64,000 nucleotides of DNA from Rhodospirillaceae bacterium (lineage in GTDB: Bacteria; Pseudomonadota; Alphaproteobacteria; Rhodospirillales; Rhodospirillaceae), in contig NSIP01000001.1 of NCBI GenBank assembly GCA_002737725.1, positions 272,921 to 336,920 of the forward strand. Direction: 5' to 3'. How positions within the stretch are numbered: position 1 is the first letter of the stretch; each line of letters opens with the position of its first letter. The notes beneath the pieces were generated by a model. That model was not told the DNA's origin and did not search any database. It saw nothing but the letters and a program-made list of their open reading frames with translations. The translations under genes and the position numbers were made by a program. Positions 37,882 through 46,736 of this stretch are shown piece by piece.

Positions 37882-37934
37882 CTCGTGGTCCGATTCTCAC
37901 ATTTACATCCCATTCCAGGTTGCGATCTTGCGAA
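37882..37934. promoter_or_regulatory. 12-bp perfect inverted repeat upstream of iclR (candidate operator or stem-loop)
   Basis: GATTCTCACATT (37882-37893) and AATGTGAGAATC (37923-37934) are separated by 29 nt containing TTGCGA twice. The repeat lies about 95-147 nt upstream of the iclR start and 140 nt downstream of the TonB-receptor stop. Confidence 0.4.
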
Positions 37935-38073
37935 TGTGAGAATCATCAGGACTACGAGCAAATATCGGGTTAGGGAGCTTTGGATTTGAGATCCGCTTCT
38001 CAGTCCGCCGCGAACAGGGGTGCGAATGTCAAATCCGCTCCACTGAGCCTGGTTTTGCGCCTATCGATCAAGC

Positions 38074-40629
38074 CTAGAAGTTATAACGCATTCTGACCCC
38101 AAATTCGCGCTTATCGGGCGGTTCAACAATGATGCCTTGGGGGAAGTTCTGCTGCGCCACCGGTGGAGTGCCCGTGGGAGGGAAGAACTGAGCAGGCAAC
38201 TCGACGAAAATTCCGCCAGCGGTTCCCTGGTAGACGTTGCGGAAACCGTAGTTCCAATTTTTGTCGTTGAACAAGTTGGTTGCAAAAAACTCAATCAAAA
38301 TATTTTCTTTTTCCAAGCCAACGCGCGCGTTAGTACGGAAGTAGTCGTTCATCTTGACGATGTTGGCTTCGCTATCCCACGCCTTACCAGTGTAGTTTAA
38401 ATCTCCGCGAACGTACCAATCCCAATCACTTGTAAACTCGGCACGATATGTGCTGGCCAGTGACGCGGTCATATCAGGAACGCGCGCGATATGATTGCCA
38501 TCGTAGCGCGTTATGTTTTGTGTCAATTGCGCCAGGAACGGTTGTACCAAATTCGTGTAGGTCCCTTCCTGCCAGCCGAACCTAAGATTGACATCCCACG
38601 CGTCGGTCACCAGCGCAGTTGATTCAAACTCAATCCCCTTCAGATTTGCATCGCCCGGAATCACGACGCCGGTCAATGTGCGTGCCGTCGAGGGTGCCAC
38701 AAAGGCGGCGCTGGCTTGGATGTTTTTCCATTTCATCTTATAGGCCGCCAACGTGTACTGCAGCCGCCCATCCATCAGCTGCTGCTTAGAGCCGATTTCG
38801 TAGTTATCAACTTTCTCCGACGCCACCACTTCGGCAACACCGGGGAACACCGCTTCTAAATCCCGGCGCTCAGACGCGGTCGCTGTAATGTACTGCGCAT
38901 TAAATTGTCCTGGCAGAGTGCCTTTCGACCAACTGGCATAAAGTGTCCAATTGTCGTCAGGTTTGTATTCGGCAATGACACGCGGAAGCCAGTCTGTGAA
39001 CGAGGCCGAAAGCGAGCCTGCGTTCGAGGGCTGCAATTTCGATTCATCTTTTTGGTAGCGAATTTCGCCGTTCAGCGACAATTGGTCGGTGAAGTCGTAT
39101 TCAACAGCCGCAAATCCGGCCTTGACTGAGGCGCGTTCGCCATCGCGATTAAAAGGTAAGTTCGGTGCCAGTGCCGTATTGAACGGAACATTCTGGCCGC
39201 GCGTCGCGCCCACCGTGAAAATGCGGAACGTGCGCGATTGATATTGCACGGAACCATTGAAGTGCGCATCATAATCGCCGTTATAGATTGTTCCCCCCAC
39301 CAGCCATCGTAGGGGCTGCTCTTGGGCGGATTGGATGCGCGCTTCGTAGGTATAGGTCTCAAAAACCGACGGATTAACGGTATAGACGTTTTCGACGTCA
39401 CTGCGATCAGGATCGGAAATTGTGTTTGTTCCCGTGTCCTCATAACCGAAGTTAAAGCCAGCCGTGATGCCGTTTGCGAATTCGTACTCTGTTTGTGCCG
39501 TCAGGCGCTTCATCTCGCGCGTCAAGCCAAAGCTATCGCGCTTCGGCGCGTCGTTGAGCAAAGGAACGCCGAATTGATTGTTGATAAACGCATTCACCAG
39601 GCCATTAGGGTTGCCGAGGCGGGCCAAGAACGGGCTATTCAAGCTTGTGTTCGAGGTGACCACGCGCTCGCCAAGATCCTTAATCGTCGGCACGCGGTTA
39701 CAAAAATAGGGAAGTGTGACGGCAAACGTCCGCGGTGCGCGCGTCACGGCGTCAAATGCATTAAAGGTCTTGCCTGCGCACGAGGTATCGGCTTGCCCAT
39801 GGAGCGCGGCTGTGATGTGCGATGAGGTTGGCGGGCCGTCATCGTCTTCTTGGTATTGGCCGCGCAAGCGAACCCAAAAGTTATCTGTGGGCGTGGCGTA
39901 TAGCGTCGCTGTAATCGACTTGGTGGTTTCTTTGCCAAGAGCACCGCCATCAGTGGCTGTATAGTGGGCCCCTTTTTTGTGCAGCACGGTTGCCATGCGC
40001 GCCGCTAACTTTTCTTCAACCAGCGGCCCTTCGAAGCTGAAATTCGTATCATAGGAATTGCGCAGCGATGCGTTCGCGCTGACCTGGCCTTTGAATTCGT
40101 TGCCCGGGTTCTTGGTGACAAAATTGACCGCACCACCAAACGTATTGCGCCCGAAGTAGGCGTTCTGCGGTCCTTTGATGACCTCGACGCGTTCAACGTC
40201 GACGGTGTTGACGGCATTCGTGCCGCCCAGCACGTAGATGCCATCGACAAATACGGCACCGGTTTGGCGCCGCGGCAGGGTTGAAGACCCAGTCATGCCC
40301 CGGAAAATAATGTAAGGCTGGCCACGTCCACCAGGACCGTTACCACCTGTGTTCTGGAAGGTCAGGCCAGGCGAGAACTTCGTGATTTCGCGCATATCAA
40401 AAATTTGCGCTTTTTCGATGTCACGTGCGCTGAAGGCCGTGATGGCGACTGGAATATCGAACAGCGCTTCGGCGCGTTTGCGCGCCGTTACAACGATCTC
40501 TTCCAGGCCCCCCGTTGATGCCTGTGCAGATTGCGAATTGTTTTGTGCCAATGATGGCGTTTGAGCAGTCAGCATCAGAGCTAACACGCTCACGCTCGTT
40601 TGCAGTGGTAGGCGATTTAAGGCTTTCAT
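38074..40629 (-). CDS. TonB-dependent outer-membrane receptor
   Basis: Start at ATG 40629 with a signal peptide ending SLAQ. Plug region LEEIVVTARKR...IEKAQIFDMREI, a long beta-barrel, and a terminal ...GVRMRYNF. Confidence 0.92.
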   Translation of the reverse strand: MKALNRLPLQTSVSVLALMLTAQTPSLAQNNSQSAQASTGGLEEIVVTARKRAEALFDIPVAITAFSARDIEKAQIFDMREITKFSPGLTFQNTGGNGPGGRGQPYIIFRGMTGSSTLPRRQTGAVFVDGIYVLGGTNAVNTVDVERVEVIKGPQNAYFGRNTFGGAVNFVTKNPGNEFKGQVSANASLRNSYDTNFSFEGPLVEEKLAARMATVLHKKGAHYTATDGGALGKETTKSITATLYATPTDNFWVRLRGQYQEDDDGPPTSSHITAALHGQADTSCAGKTFNAFDAVTRAPRTFAVTLPYFCNRVPTIKDLGERVVTSNTSLNSPFLARLGNPNGLVNAFINNQFGVPLLNDAPKRDSFGLTREMKRLTAQTEYEFANGITAGFNFGYEDTGTNTISDPDRSDVENVYTVNPSVFETYTYEARIQSAQEQPLRWLVGGTIYNGDYDAHFNGSVQYQSRTFRIFTVGATRGQNVPFNTALAPNLPFNRDGERASVKAGFAAVEYDFTDQLSLNGEIRYQKDESKLQPSNAGSLSASFTDWLPRVIAEYKPDDNWTLYASWSKGTLPGQFNAQYITATASERRDLEAVFPGVAEVVASEKVDNYEIGSKQQLMDGRLQYTLAAYKMKWKNIQASAAFVAPSTARTLTGVVIPGDANLKGIEFESTALVTDAWDVNLRFGWQEGTYTNLVQPFLAQLTQNITRYDGNHIARVPDMTASLASTYRAEFTSDWDWYVRGDLNYTGKAWDSEANIVKMNDYFRTNARVGLEKENILIEFFATNLFNDKNWNYGFRNVYQGTAGGIFVELPAQFFPPTGTPPVAQQNFPQGIIVEPPDKREFGVRMRYNF

Positions 40630-40824
40630 GAACTTCCCCCGTTGGCGCATTCACGACTTTGATGTGGAGTAGGCACAATGCTCAGCTTGCGCGGTCTCGG
40701 GTCAACCCGCGTCAGAATCGTGTTCGCCTGCTGAGCATCAAGGGATTCGTGCCCTACCGGGGCGGAGTTATGCCCGCTCCGGGGATCACAGCTTATGGTA
40801 TTGACCCGACAACTTATTCCTCAG

Positions 40825-41778
40825 CTACTTCAGGTCCCGTGCGATCCGAAAGCCAAAAATCTGCGAGGTCAGTGTCACGGGGTCGCGGCCACGGAAAGTT
40901 GGGATTTGGCGGTTGATGTCTGCGCTCCAGCTGGCCCCTTTTGACACGCGCCGATTACAACCATCGGGTCCTAAGTAGGCGCTGCCATCGGTCGGCGTGT
41001 TGGCCGGATAGGGCATAACATAGCAATCGGCGACCCATTCCCAAAGGCTGCCAATCATGTCGTAGACCCCATACGCGTTGGGCTGCAATGAGCCGGCTGG
41101 AGCGATAAATGGAAATCCATCATCGCAATTCACAGGCGGGAATGGCCGTGGAATGATGGGTGGCTTGACCTTCTTCGACGACAGATCGGCCACGTTGGCG
41201 GTTTTGCACGCGTCTTCTGCTTTGTCGCCCCACGCGTAAAGCGACGTGCCGCTGGTGCCCGCACGCGCTGTGTACTCCCACTCGGATTCCGTCAGTAACC
41301 GATAGGTTTTTCCGGTCTTAGCGCTGAGCCATTTAATATAGGCATCCGCATCATTCCAACTGAGGCATCCGCCCGGTTCATTGTCCGCTGGAGGACGGCC
41401 ATAGCCGGGGTTGCGCCAGCCCGTGTTGGGTGTTTGCGTTATGCCATTGCCGTTCCAAATGTTGCACGTGTCGTTGGCGACATATCCGGTTGCATCAGCG
41501 AATTCTTTAAATTGGCCGGTCGTCACTTCGGTTTTACCTACGGCGAATGAATATCCGATTTTGACCAGATGCGGCGGGCCTTCATAACGAACGGGCTCTG
41601 CCACATCGTTGCGCTCACGGCCTTGCGTAAAACTTCCGGGCGGGATCACCACAAGCTCAGGGCAGGTCGGGCAATCTTTTAACACGCTTCCGGGTTTGGG
41701 GAGCGTGCCTGCGGCAATTGCAGGAGTTGAAAAAACGGCAAGGTACAGGATTATCGCCGTTATGAAAGCTTTGCTCAT
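40825..41778 (-). CDS. Periplasmic formylglycine-generating-enzyme (FGE/SUMF1) fold protein
   Basis: Signal peptide, then CPTCPELVVIPPGSF, RLLTESEWEYTARAG, and the FGE-fold signatures YDMIGSLWEWVADCY and GFRIARD. Confidence 0.82.
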   Translation of the reverse strand: MSKAFITAIILYLAVFSTPAIAAGTLPKPGSVLKDCPTCPELVVIPPGSFTQGRERNDVAEPVRYEGPPHLVKIGYSFAVGKTEVTTGQFKEFADATGYVANDTCNIWNGNGITQTPNTGWRNPGYGRPPADNEPGGCLSWNDADAYIKWLSAKTGKTYRLLTESEWEYTARAGTSGTSLYAWGDKAEDACKTANVADLSSKKVKPPIIPRPFPPVNCDDGFPFIAPAGSLQPNAYGVYDMIGSLWEWVADCYVMPYPANTPTDGSAYLGPDGCNRRVSKGASWSADINRQIPTFRGRDPVTLTSQIFGFRIARDLK

Positions 41779-41793
41779 TAGAATGGCCCCTGT

Positions 41794-42579
41794 TTAATCG
41801 AGATGAAAATCAACTTTTTGCAACTCAGTCGGAGAGGAATGTTTTCTCCCCTGCATTCGCAGCACATCAGCGATTTGCTCTTGCGCGAAAGCTGCCGTGT
41901 CTTTGCCTTGGTATTCCTGATTGAAATGGGACTTCACCGAAGGCCTTTCAAGCGCTTTATTCCACCAGGCCGTCAATTTCGGGCGGCCCTTGCGCCAATC
42001 ATACTTTGTTGGAACCGGCGGCATCAGGCCCTTGCCCAGTTGCCGATTCAAATAACTCAAAGCATGCAGCGTTGCCGCTTGGCCCACATCGAAACCTTTG
42101 AGCCGAGCGGCGTCGTGTTCCATTTGATCAAGTGCGCGCACAACCTTGGGCCAATACCACGTGTAAACGTTCGAGCGCATGGGCTTTTCGGCTTTCTCAA
42201 GGGCCATATTCACTGTGACGTCGAACACCGTGTCGGCCAAAGCCATGCGGCGCAAAGCGTCCCACCGTTTCGGCCCGGGCTTTGGAAACAGTTTCTTTTT
42301 GCCCGCAGAATCCATGTATTCAACAATGGTCTGGCTGCCGTAAAGCACGGTGCCATCTTTCAGCGCTAATGTCGGCACCTTGTGAAGTGGATTGATGGCT
42401 GCGACCGAATAGCCGTCGCGCAGTGGGTAAATCGGCACAAACTCGATCTGGTTCCACAGGCCCGATTCATGGGCCACCACCAGAACTTTATGGATAAAAC
42501 CATGAATCGGTGAATAAAAAAGCTTCAGCGGTTTTTTCGGTGCTTGTGTCTTTGCTTTCGGTTTTTTGCGCGTAGCCAT
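41794..42579 (-). CDS. Glutathione S-transferase family protein with Lys-rich N-terminal extension
   Basis: Thioredoxin-like N-domain (LKLFYSPIHGFIHKV...KVPTLALKDGTVLYGSQTIVEY) and a helical C-domain. Confidence 0.75.
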   Translation of the reverse strand: MATRKKPKAKTQAPKKPLKLFYSPIHGFIHKVLVVAHESGLWNQIEFVPIYPLRDGYSVAAINPLHKVPTLALKDGTVLYGSQTIVEYMDSAGKKKLFPKPGPKRWDALRRMALADTVFDVTVNMALEKAEKPMRSNVYTWYWPKVVRALDQMEHDAARLKGFDVGQAATLHALSYLNRQLGKGLMPPVPTKYDWRKGRPKLTAWWNKALERPSVKSHFNQEYQGKDTAAFAQEQIADVLRMQGRKHSSPTELQKVDFHLD

Positions 42580-42767
42580 CTTGTTTTATCCCTCAACTTG
42601 AAGCGCGCATCATAATCAAGAAGTCACGCCGATCCATGGCCAGATTTTGCAGGGCGCTCTTCGAAGCTGCGCGGCGTCTTGCAAAACTTGTTGCTTCATC
42701 TGTTTTTTGGGATTACGCCCCGCGCCAAGCTTAACGCCGCATCGAGGGCGGTCATGAGAGGGTCGTC

Positions 42768-43553
42768 ATGAAAATTGCGCTGATCGGGAACGGGGCCATC
42801 GCCAAGCTGGTCGCTCAGTTTTGTGGTGCGCGCCCGACCAAATATAATGTCACCGCTGCCCTGGTGTTACCAACCGACGTCACCTCTGTCGGCGCCTATC
42901 CGGTTGTCCAGACGTTGGCTGAGCTGCTCGCGACCAAGCCTGATTTAGTGGTTGAGTGCGCAGGCCACAGCGCCGTCAAAGCTTATGGCGCGGCCATTCT
43001 GAACGCGGGCGTTAATCTGGTCGTGGTTTCAACCGGCAGCTTGGCCGATCAAACCTTGTGGGATGAGATCAGCCACGCCGCCGAGAACTCTACGGCACAA
43101 TTAAAACTGCCCGCGGGCGCCCTGCCCGGCGTTGATTCTTTAGCTGCGGGGAAGTTGGCCGGGATCGAGCATGTTGAACTGAAATCCTCAAAGCCCCCAA
43201 AAGCGTGGGCCGGCACGCCAGCCGAAAAGACACATGATTTGGCAAACATCACTGTTCCGACCGTGATCTTCAGTGGGACAGCGCGTGAAGCCGCTTTGGC
43301 GTTTCCCAAAAATGCCAACGTGGCTGCCACAGCAGCATTGGCAGGGATTGGGTTTGAAAAAACCAAAGTCAGTCTCATCGCCGATCCTAGCGTTACCCAA
43401 AATGTGCACCGACTTGAGGCCGATGGCGCCTTCGGCTCGTTGCGGCTTGAGATTTACGCAAATCCTTCGCCCGACAATCCCAAGACATCTCATATGGCCG
43501 CACTGAGCATTATGAGGTTGCTCGAGCATGAAGCCGCCGCGATTGTGATTTAA
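42768..43553 (+). CDS. L-aspartate dehydrogenase (NadX-like)
   Basis: MKIALIGNGAIA Rossmann start, then SKPPKAW, FPKNANVAAT and SPDNPKTSHMAALS. These match my recollection of the Thermotoga AspDH sequence. Confidence 0.85.
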   Translation: MKIALIGNGAIAKLVAQFCGARPTKYNVTAALVLPTDVTSVGAYPVVQTLAELLATKPDLVVECAGHSAVKAYGAAILNAGVNLVVVSTGSLADQTLWDEISHAAENSTAQLKLPAGALPGVDSLAAGKLAGIEHVELKSSKPPKAWAGTPAEKTHDLANITVPTVIFSGTAREAALAFPKNANVAATAALAGIGFEKTKVSLIADPSVTQNVHRLEADGAFGSLRLEIYANPSPDNPKTSHMAALSIMRLLEHEAAAIVI

Positions 43554-43597
43554 TACATGTTGCGCTTGTCTTTCGCCGCAGAAGCTTCGACAATTCA

Positions 43598-44431
43598 ATG
43601 ATGGGCAAGATCGATAACACACTGAGTCATGATCGCGACTGGGCTGCACTGAAGGCGACCTATGACTCTGACGGCGTGGTCTTGCTGCCCGGTCTGATTC
43701 AAGGGCCGTGGTTGTCGTCAATGCAGCAGGCCGTGAACGATTATCGCAAGCTCGATCCGGGCAACGGGCAGACGGAGAATTTCAGTCGCAGCCCTGGGCG
43801 CGTGGTCATCCGTTGGATGGGCCGCGAGATCGAAGCGGTCCAAAAACTCGTAACCGACTCTGGGGTGGCGCCTGTCGTCGGCAAGCTATGCGGCGCAACG
43901 CAGCTCAAGTTTTGGTACGATCTGACTTTAGTTTATACGGTTGGTTCTCCCTACGGCGGCTCGCCCTGGCATCATGACATCCCCGCGTTCCCATTTCGCG
44001 GAACGCAAATGCCGTCACTCTGGATTGCACTGTCGCCTGTCGATGAAGATCGCAGCCCGCTGATGTTCATTAAAAGTAGCCACAAATCTGCGACACTCTA
44101 TCCGCCGTCAGGTGACAAAGCTGCCAGCTTGCCGTCAGGTTATGCGTCCTTGCCCGATTGGGACGGCCTGGTAGCGCGCGGCGAAGTGGAGAAAGTGTGG
44201 TGGCCCATGCAGGCGGGCGATGCGCTGTTGATGCATCAGAACGTTGTGCATTCCACGACCAATAATCGCTCTAAAGACGGCGAACGCGTGAGTATCATTA
44301 CCCGCTGGATTGGCGAGGATGTGCGCTGGCAACGCGACGCATTCAGTATGCAAATCCCCGGCATTGAGTCAGCCAGCATCATTGACGGCACCGCGCCAAC
44401 CGGCGACGCGTTTATCGACGTTAAACTTTAG
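43598..44431 (+). CDS. Phytanoyl-CoA dioxygenase (PhyH) family Fe(II)/2-oxoglutarate oxygenase
   Basis: An N-terminal DGVVLLPGL, SPWHHD (HxD facial-triad region), and a distal VVHSTTNN histidine. Confidence 0.68.
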   Translation: MMGKIDNTLSHDRDWAALKATYDSDGVVLLPGLIQGPWLSSMQQAVNDYRKLDPGNGQTENFSRSPGRVVIRWMGREIEAVQKLVTDSGVAPVVGKLCGATQLKFWYDLTLVYTVGSPYGGSPWHHDIPAFPFRGTQMPSLWIALSPVDEDRSPLMFIKSSHKSATLYPPSGDKAASLPSGYASLPDWDGLVARGEVEKVWWPMQAGDALLMHQNVVHSTTNNRSKDGERVSIITRWIGEDVRWQRDAFSMQIPGIESASIIDGTAPTGDAFIDVKL

Positions 44432-45114
44432 TCTCGGATTTTCAGGTCCATCAAATCGTAGGTTTTGTGGCCTTCGGGGAACACCATGCGAATGGGCATG
44501 AAATCATCCGTGGTCCACATGCATAAGGTTTTGCCCGCGCGCACCGGCCAATCAAACCGCTGGCAGGTGAAGGTTCCTGCCCCCACCGTAATCGTTTCAA
44601 TGCCACGATAAATATATGTGTAGTCGCGTATGCCAAGCATCGGGCCAGACTCGCCATGTGCCATCGGTGAAGAATTCATGCAGTTGTTGAGCACCAGGGT
44701 TTGGCCGGGCCCTTCAGGTTTCAAGTGCGCAAGCCTGAGAATATCTGAGCAGATGGGGTGCGAGCCAAAGGCCTTCACACGCTCGGACACCTTGATGCGC
44801 TGGCTGAATCGCCCTTCTGATGCGGTATAGGCTTCGCCCTCTGCCGTGTCGTCGGTGAACCGGAACCAGCCGCTGCCAACGGGCTTGGTTTCCAACGCCA
44901 CACGCACGTAGCACTCAATCGGTTTAAAATCACGCCCGACGGTATAGGTCACATCGCGCGTAATGCCCTCGGCGTCGAACTCGCAGACGGCGCGCATGGT
45001 GCGCAGGCCATCTTTCTGGATGCTCATGGTAAAAAATTCCCGCCCAAATTCTTTAGGCGTCGGGGTGTCGGTTCCGGCGATGTAGGCGATATAGCCTTGA
45101 ATAAAACGTGGCAT
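44428..45114 (-). CDS. Hypothetical protein (beta-rich, no recognised family)
   Basis: The ORF overlaps the convergent PhyH stop by 4 nt. The start is ambiguous (ATG 45153 or 45114). There are no diagnostic motifs. Confidence 0.5.
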   Translation of the reverse strand: MPRFIQGYIAYIAGTDTPTPKEFGREFFTMSIQKDGLRTMRAVCEFDAEGITRDVTYTVGRDFKPIECYVRVALETKPVGSGWFRFTDDTAEGEAYTASEGRFSQRIKVSERVKAFGSHPICSDILRLAHLKPEGPGQTLVLNNCMNSSPMAHGESGPMLGIRDYTYIYRGIETITVGAGTFTCQRFDWPVRAGKTLCMWTTDDFMPIRMVFPEGHKTYDLMDLKIRD

Positions 45115-45164
45115 TGAACAATTCCGATCAAACTTTCGTTGATCCTGAAGCATGTCTCATGAAC

Positions 45165-45190
45165 GGTCTAGTATACCTGATGGTCTAGAC
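45165..45190. promoter_or_regulatory. Pair of GntR/HutC-type operator-like palindromes
   Basis: GGTCTAGTATACC (45165-45177) and TGGTCTAGAC (45181-45190; the core GTCTAGAC is a perfect palindrome) lie in the divergent spacer between 45114/45153 and 45222. Confidence 0.4.
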
Positions 45191-45221
45191 GTCAGCCCGT
45201 TCTCCGGGCACCATAGAAATC

Positions 45222-46733
45222 ATGATCACCCGCCGTAAAATCCTGGCCACAGTAGGTGCCGCAACAATTGTATCGGGCAGGCTTCATGCTGCGCCGAACT
45301 CGACGATGCGCATTGCCGTGAGCGGCTTGCCACCCGGCCGCGGCAATCCGTTTACTTCTGTCGGGTTCCCACAAATTTTTGCCTACCTCGGAGCTTTCGA
45401 TTGCCTGACGGAAGTGGGCCCGAACGGTGACATTGTCCCGGCCTTGGCATCGGGCTGGTCAGTTGAGAATGACCGCTCGTGGCTGTTCCGGCTCAAGCCC
45501 AATCTCACATTTTCAAATGGCGAGGTGTGTGATGCCGCCGCCGTGGCGTGGTCCTTGAATTTGATCGCCAGCGACAGCGGAAAAGTATTCGCCGCCTACC
45601 GTGACGCCCAGATCATTGCGCGCGCTGAAGCCGTTGACCCTCTGACCGTGCGCATTAAAACCGTTTCAGCCGACCCCATCATTCCAGGTAAAATGGCAGG
45701 CCTTCGCATTGTGTCGCCAAAATATTTCGCCGATGTCGGTGCTGGCGCATTTGCCCTCAAGCCCGTAGGGACCGGCGCGTTTGTCGCGTCTGAGTGGAGC
45801 GAAAGCCGCATTCGGCTGTCTCGCAATCTCACCGCTTGGCGAAAACCGATTGTCGACAACGTGGAACTGCGCGCCTTGCCCGACAATGCTTCTCGGCTTC
45901 AAGCGTTATTGTCGGGGGCGGTTGATGCGGCGCTTAACCTCAACCCCGATGACAAGGCTGTCTTAGAAGACGCGGGCTTTCGAACTATTCTCACACCGCG
46001 TGGGGCTGTGCTGGCCATTCAGTTCATCACCGAGCGCGAATCGCCACTGCGTGATAAGCGTGTCCGTCAGGCGTTGAATCTGGCCGTCAACCGCGAGCGC
46101 ATTGTTCAACTGATTTTGGGGGGCTCGACCGAAATCGCCAGCCAAGCCTCCGTGAAGGCGGCCTTCGGGTTTGATCCGGCGTTGAGCCCGCTGCCATACG
46201 ATCCCACGCGCGCCAAACAGCTGTTGTCAGAAGCGGGCTATGCAAATGGCTTTCGCATGCCCACTAGTGTGACTATTGGCAACAGCCCCAATGACACAAC
46301 CGTTTTTCAACAAGTGGCCAGCGATTTAGCCAAAGTCGGCGTCGAAATGGTTGTCAGCGGCATGCCGCTTAGTCAGTTCAGTCGGTTTCTGTATGAGGGC
46401 GATTGGGGCAATGCCATTGCCTTCTCGATGCACTACGGTAGCGTGCCAGCCATGGACGCCACGGTCAGCTTGCGGATGCATTCATGTTTATGGCCCAAGC
46501 CATGGATTTGCGATCCACAAGTAACCGACCTGATCAAAAAAGCCGACGGCACATTTAATGCCGATCAGCGCCGGATTGTCATCCAAGACATTATGAAATA
46601 TCTGCACGACGACCCGCCGGGGATTATGTTGCACGAAACGCGCTACCTCGATGCGCTGGCTCCACACGTTGCTACTTACGATGCGCCGTTTGGGTTTTTG
46701 CGCTACCACACCCTCGCGTTGAAGTCGGGCTAG
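45222..46733 (+). CDS. ABC transporter substrate-binding protein, family 5 (orphan)
   Basis: 503 aa with a Tat-like or signal N-terminus (MITRRKILATVGAATIVSGRLHA). The motif LPPGRGNPF is shared with the SBP at 32543. Confidence 0.85.
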   Translation: MITRRKILATVGAATIVSGRLHAAPNSTMRIAVSGLPPGRGNPFTSVGFPQIFAYLGAFDCLTEVGPNGDIVPALASGWSVENDRSWLFRLKPNLTFSNGEVCDAAAVAWSLNLIASDSGKVFAAYRDAQIIARAEAVDPLTVRIKTVSADPIIPGKMAGLRIVSPKYFADVGAGAFALKPVGTGAFVASEWSESRIRLSRNLTAWRKPIVDNVELRALPDNASRLQALLSGAVDAALNLNPDDKAVLEDAGFRTILTPRGAVLAIQFITERESPLRDKRVRQALNLAVNRERIVQLILGGSTEIASQASVKAAFGFDPALSPLPYDPTRAKQLLSEAGYANGFRMPTSVTIGNSPNDTTVFQQVASDLAKVGVEMVVSGMPLSQFSRFLYEGDWGNAIAFSMHYGSVPAMDATVSLRMHSCLWPKPWICDPQVTDLIKKADGTFNADQRRIVIQDIMKYLHDDPPGIMLHETRYLDALAPHVATYDAPFGFLRYHTLALKSG

Positions 46734-46736
46734 GTT

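Noticed and set aside
40630-40824. A TPP or cobalamin riboswitch in the TonB-receptor leader.
   Set aside because: TPP comparison: the leader has GCUGAGG rather than the conserved CUGAGA. The GAUC..CGGAG..AUAAC..CUCCG..GGUAGGG stretch only loosely resembles the pyrophosphate-sensor helix. The 5' partner helices would fall inside the FGE coding region.

Cobalamin comparison: the B12-box comparison (GACCCGAGACCGCGC against AGCCAGGAGACCTGCC) matches only about half the positions, and no GCCACUG element is present.
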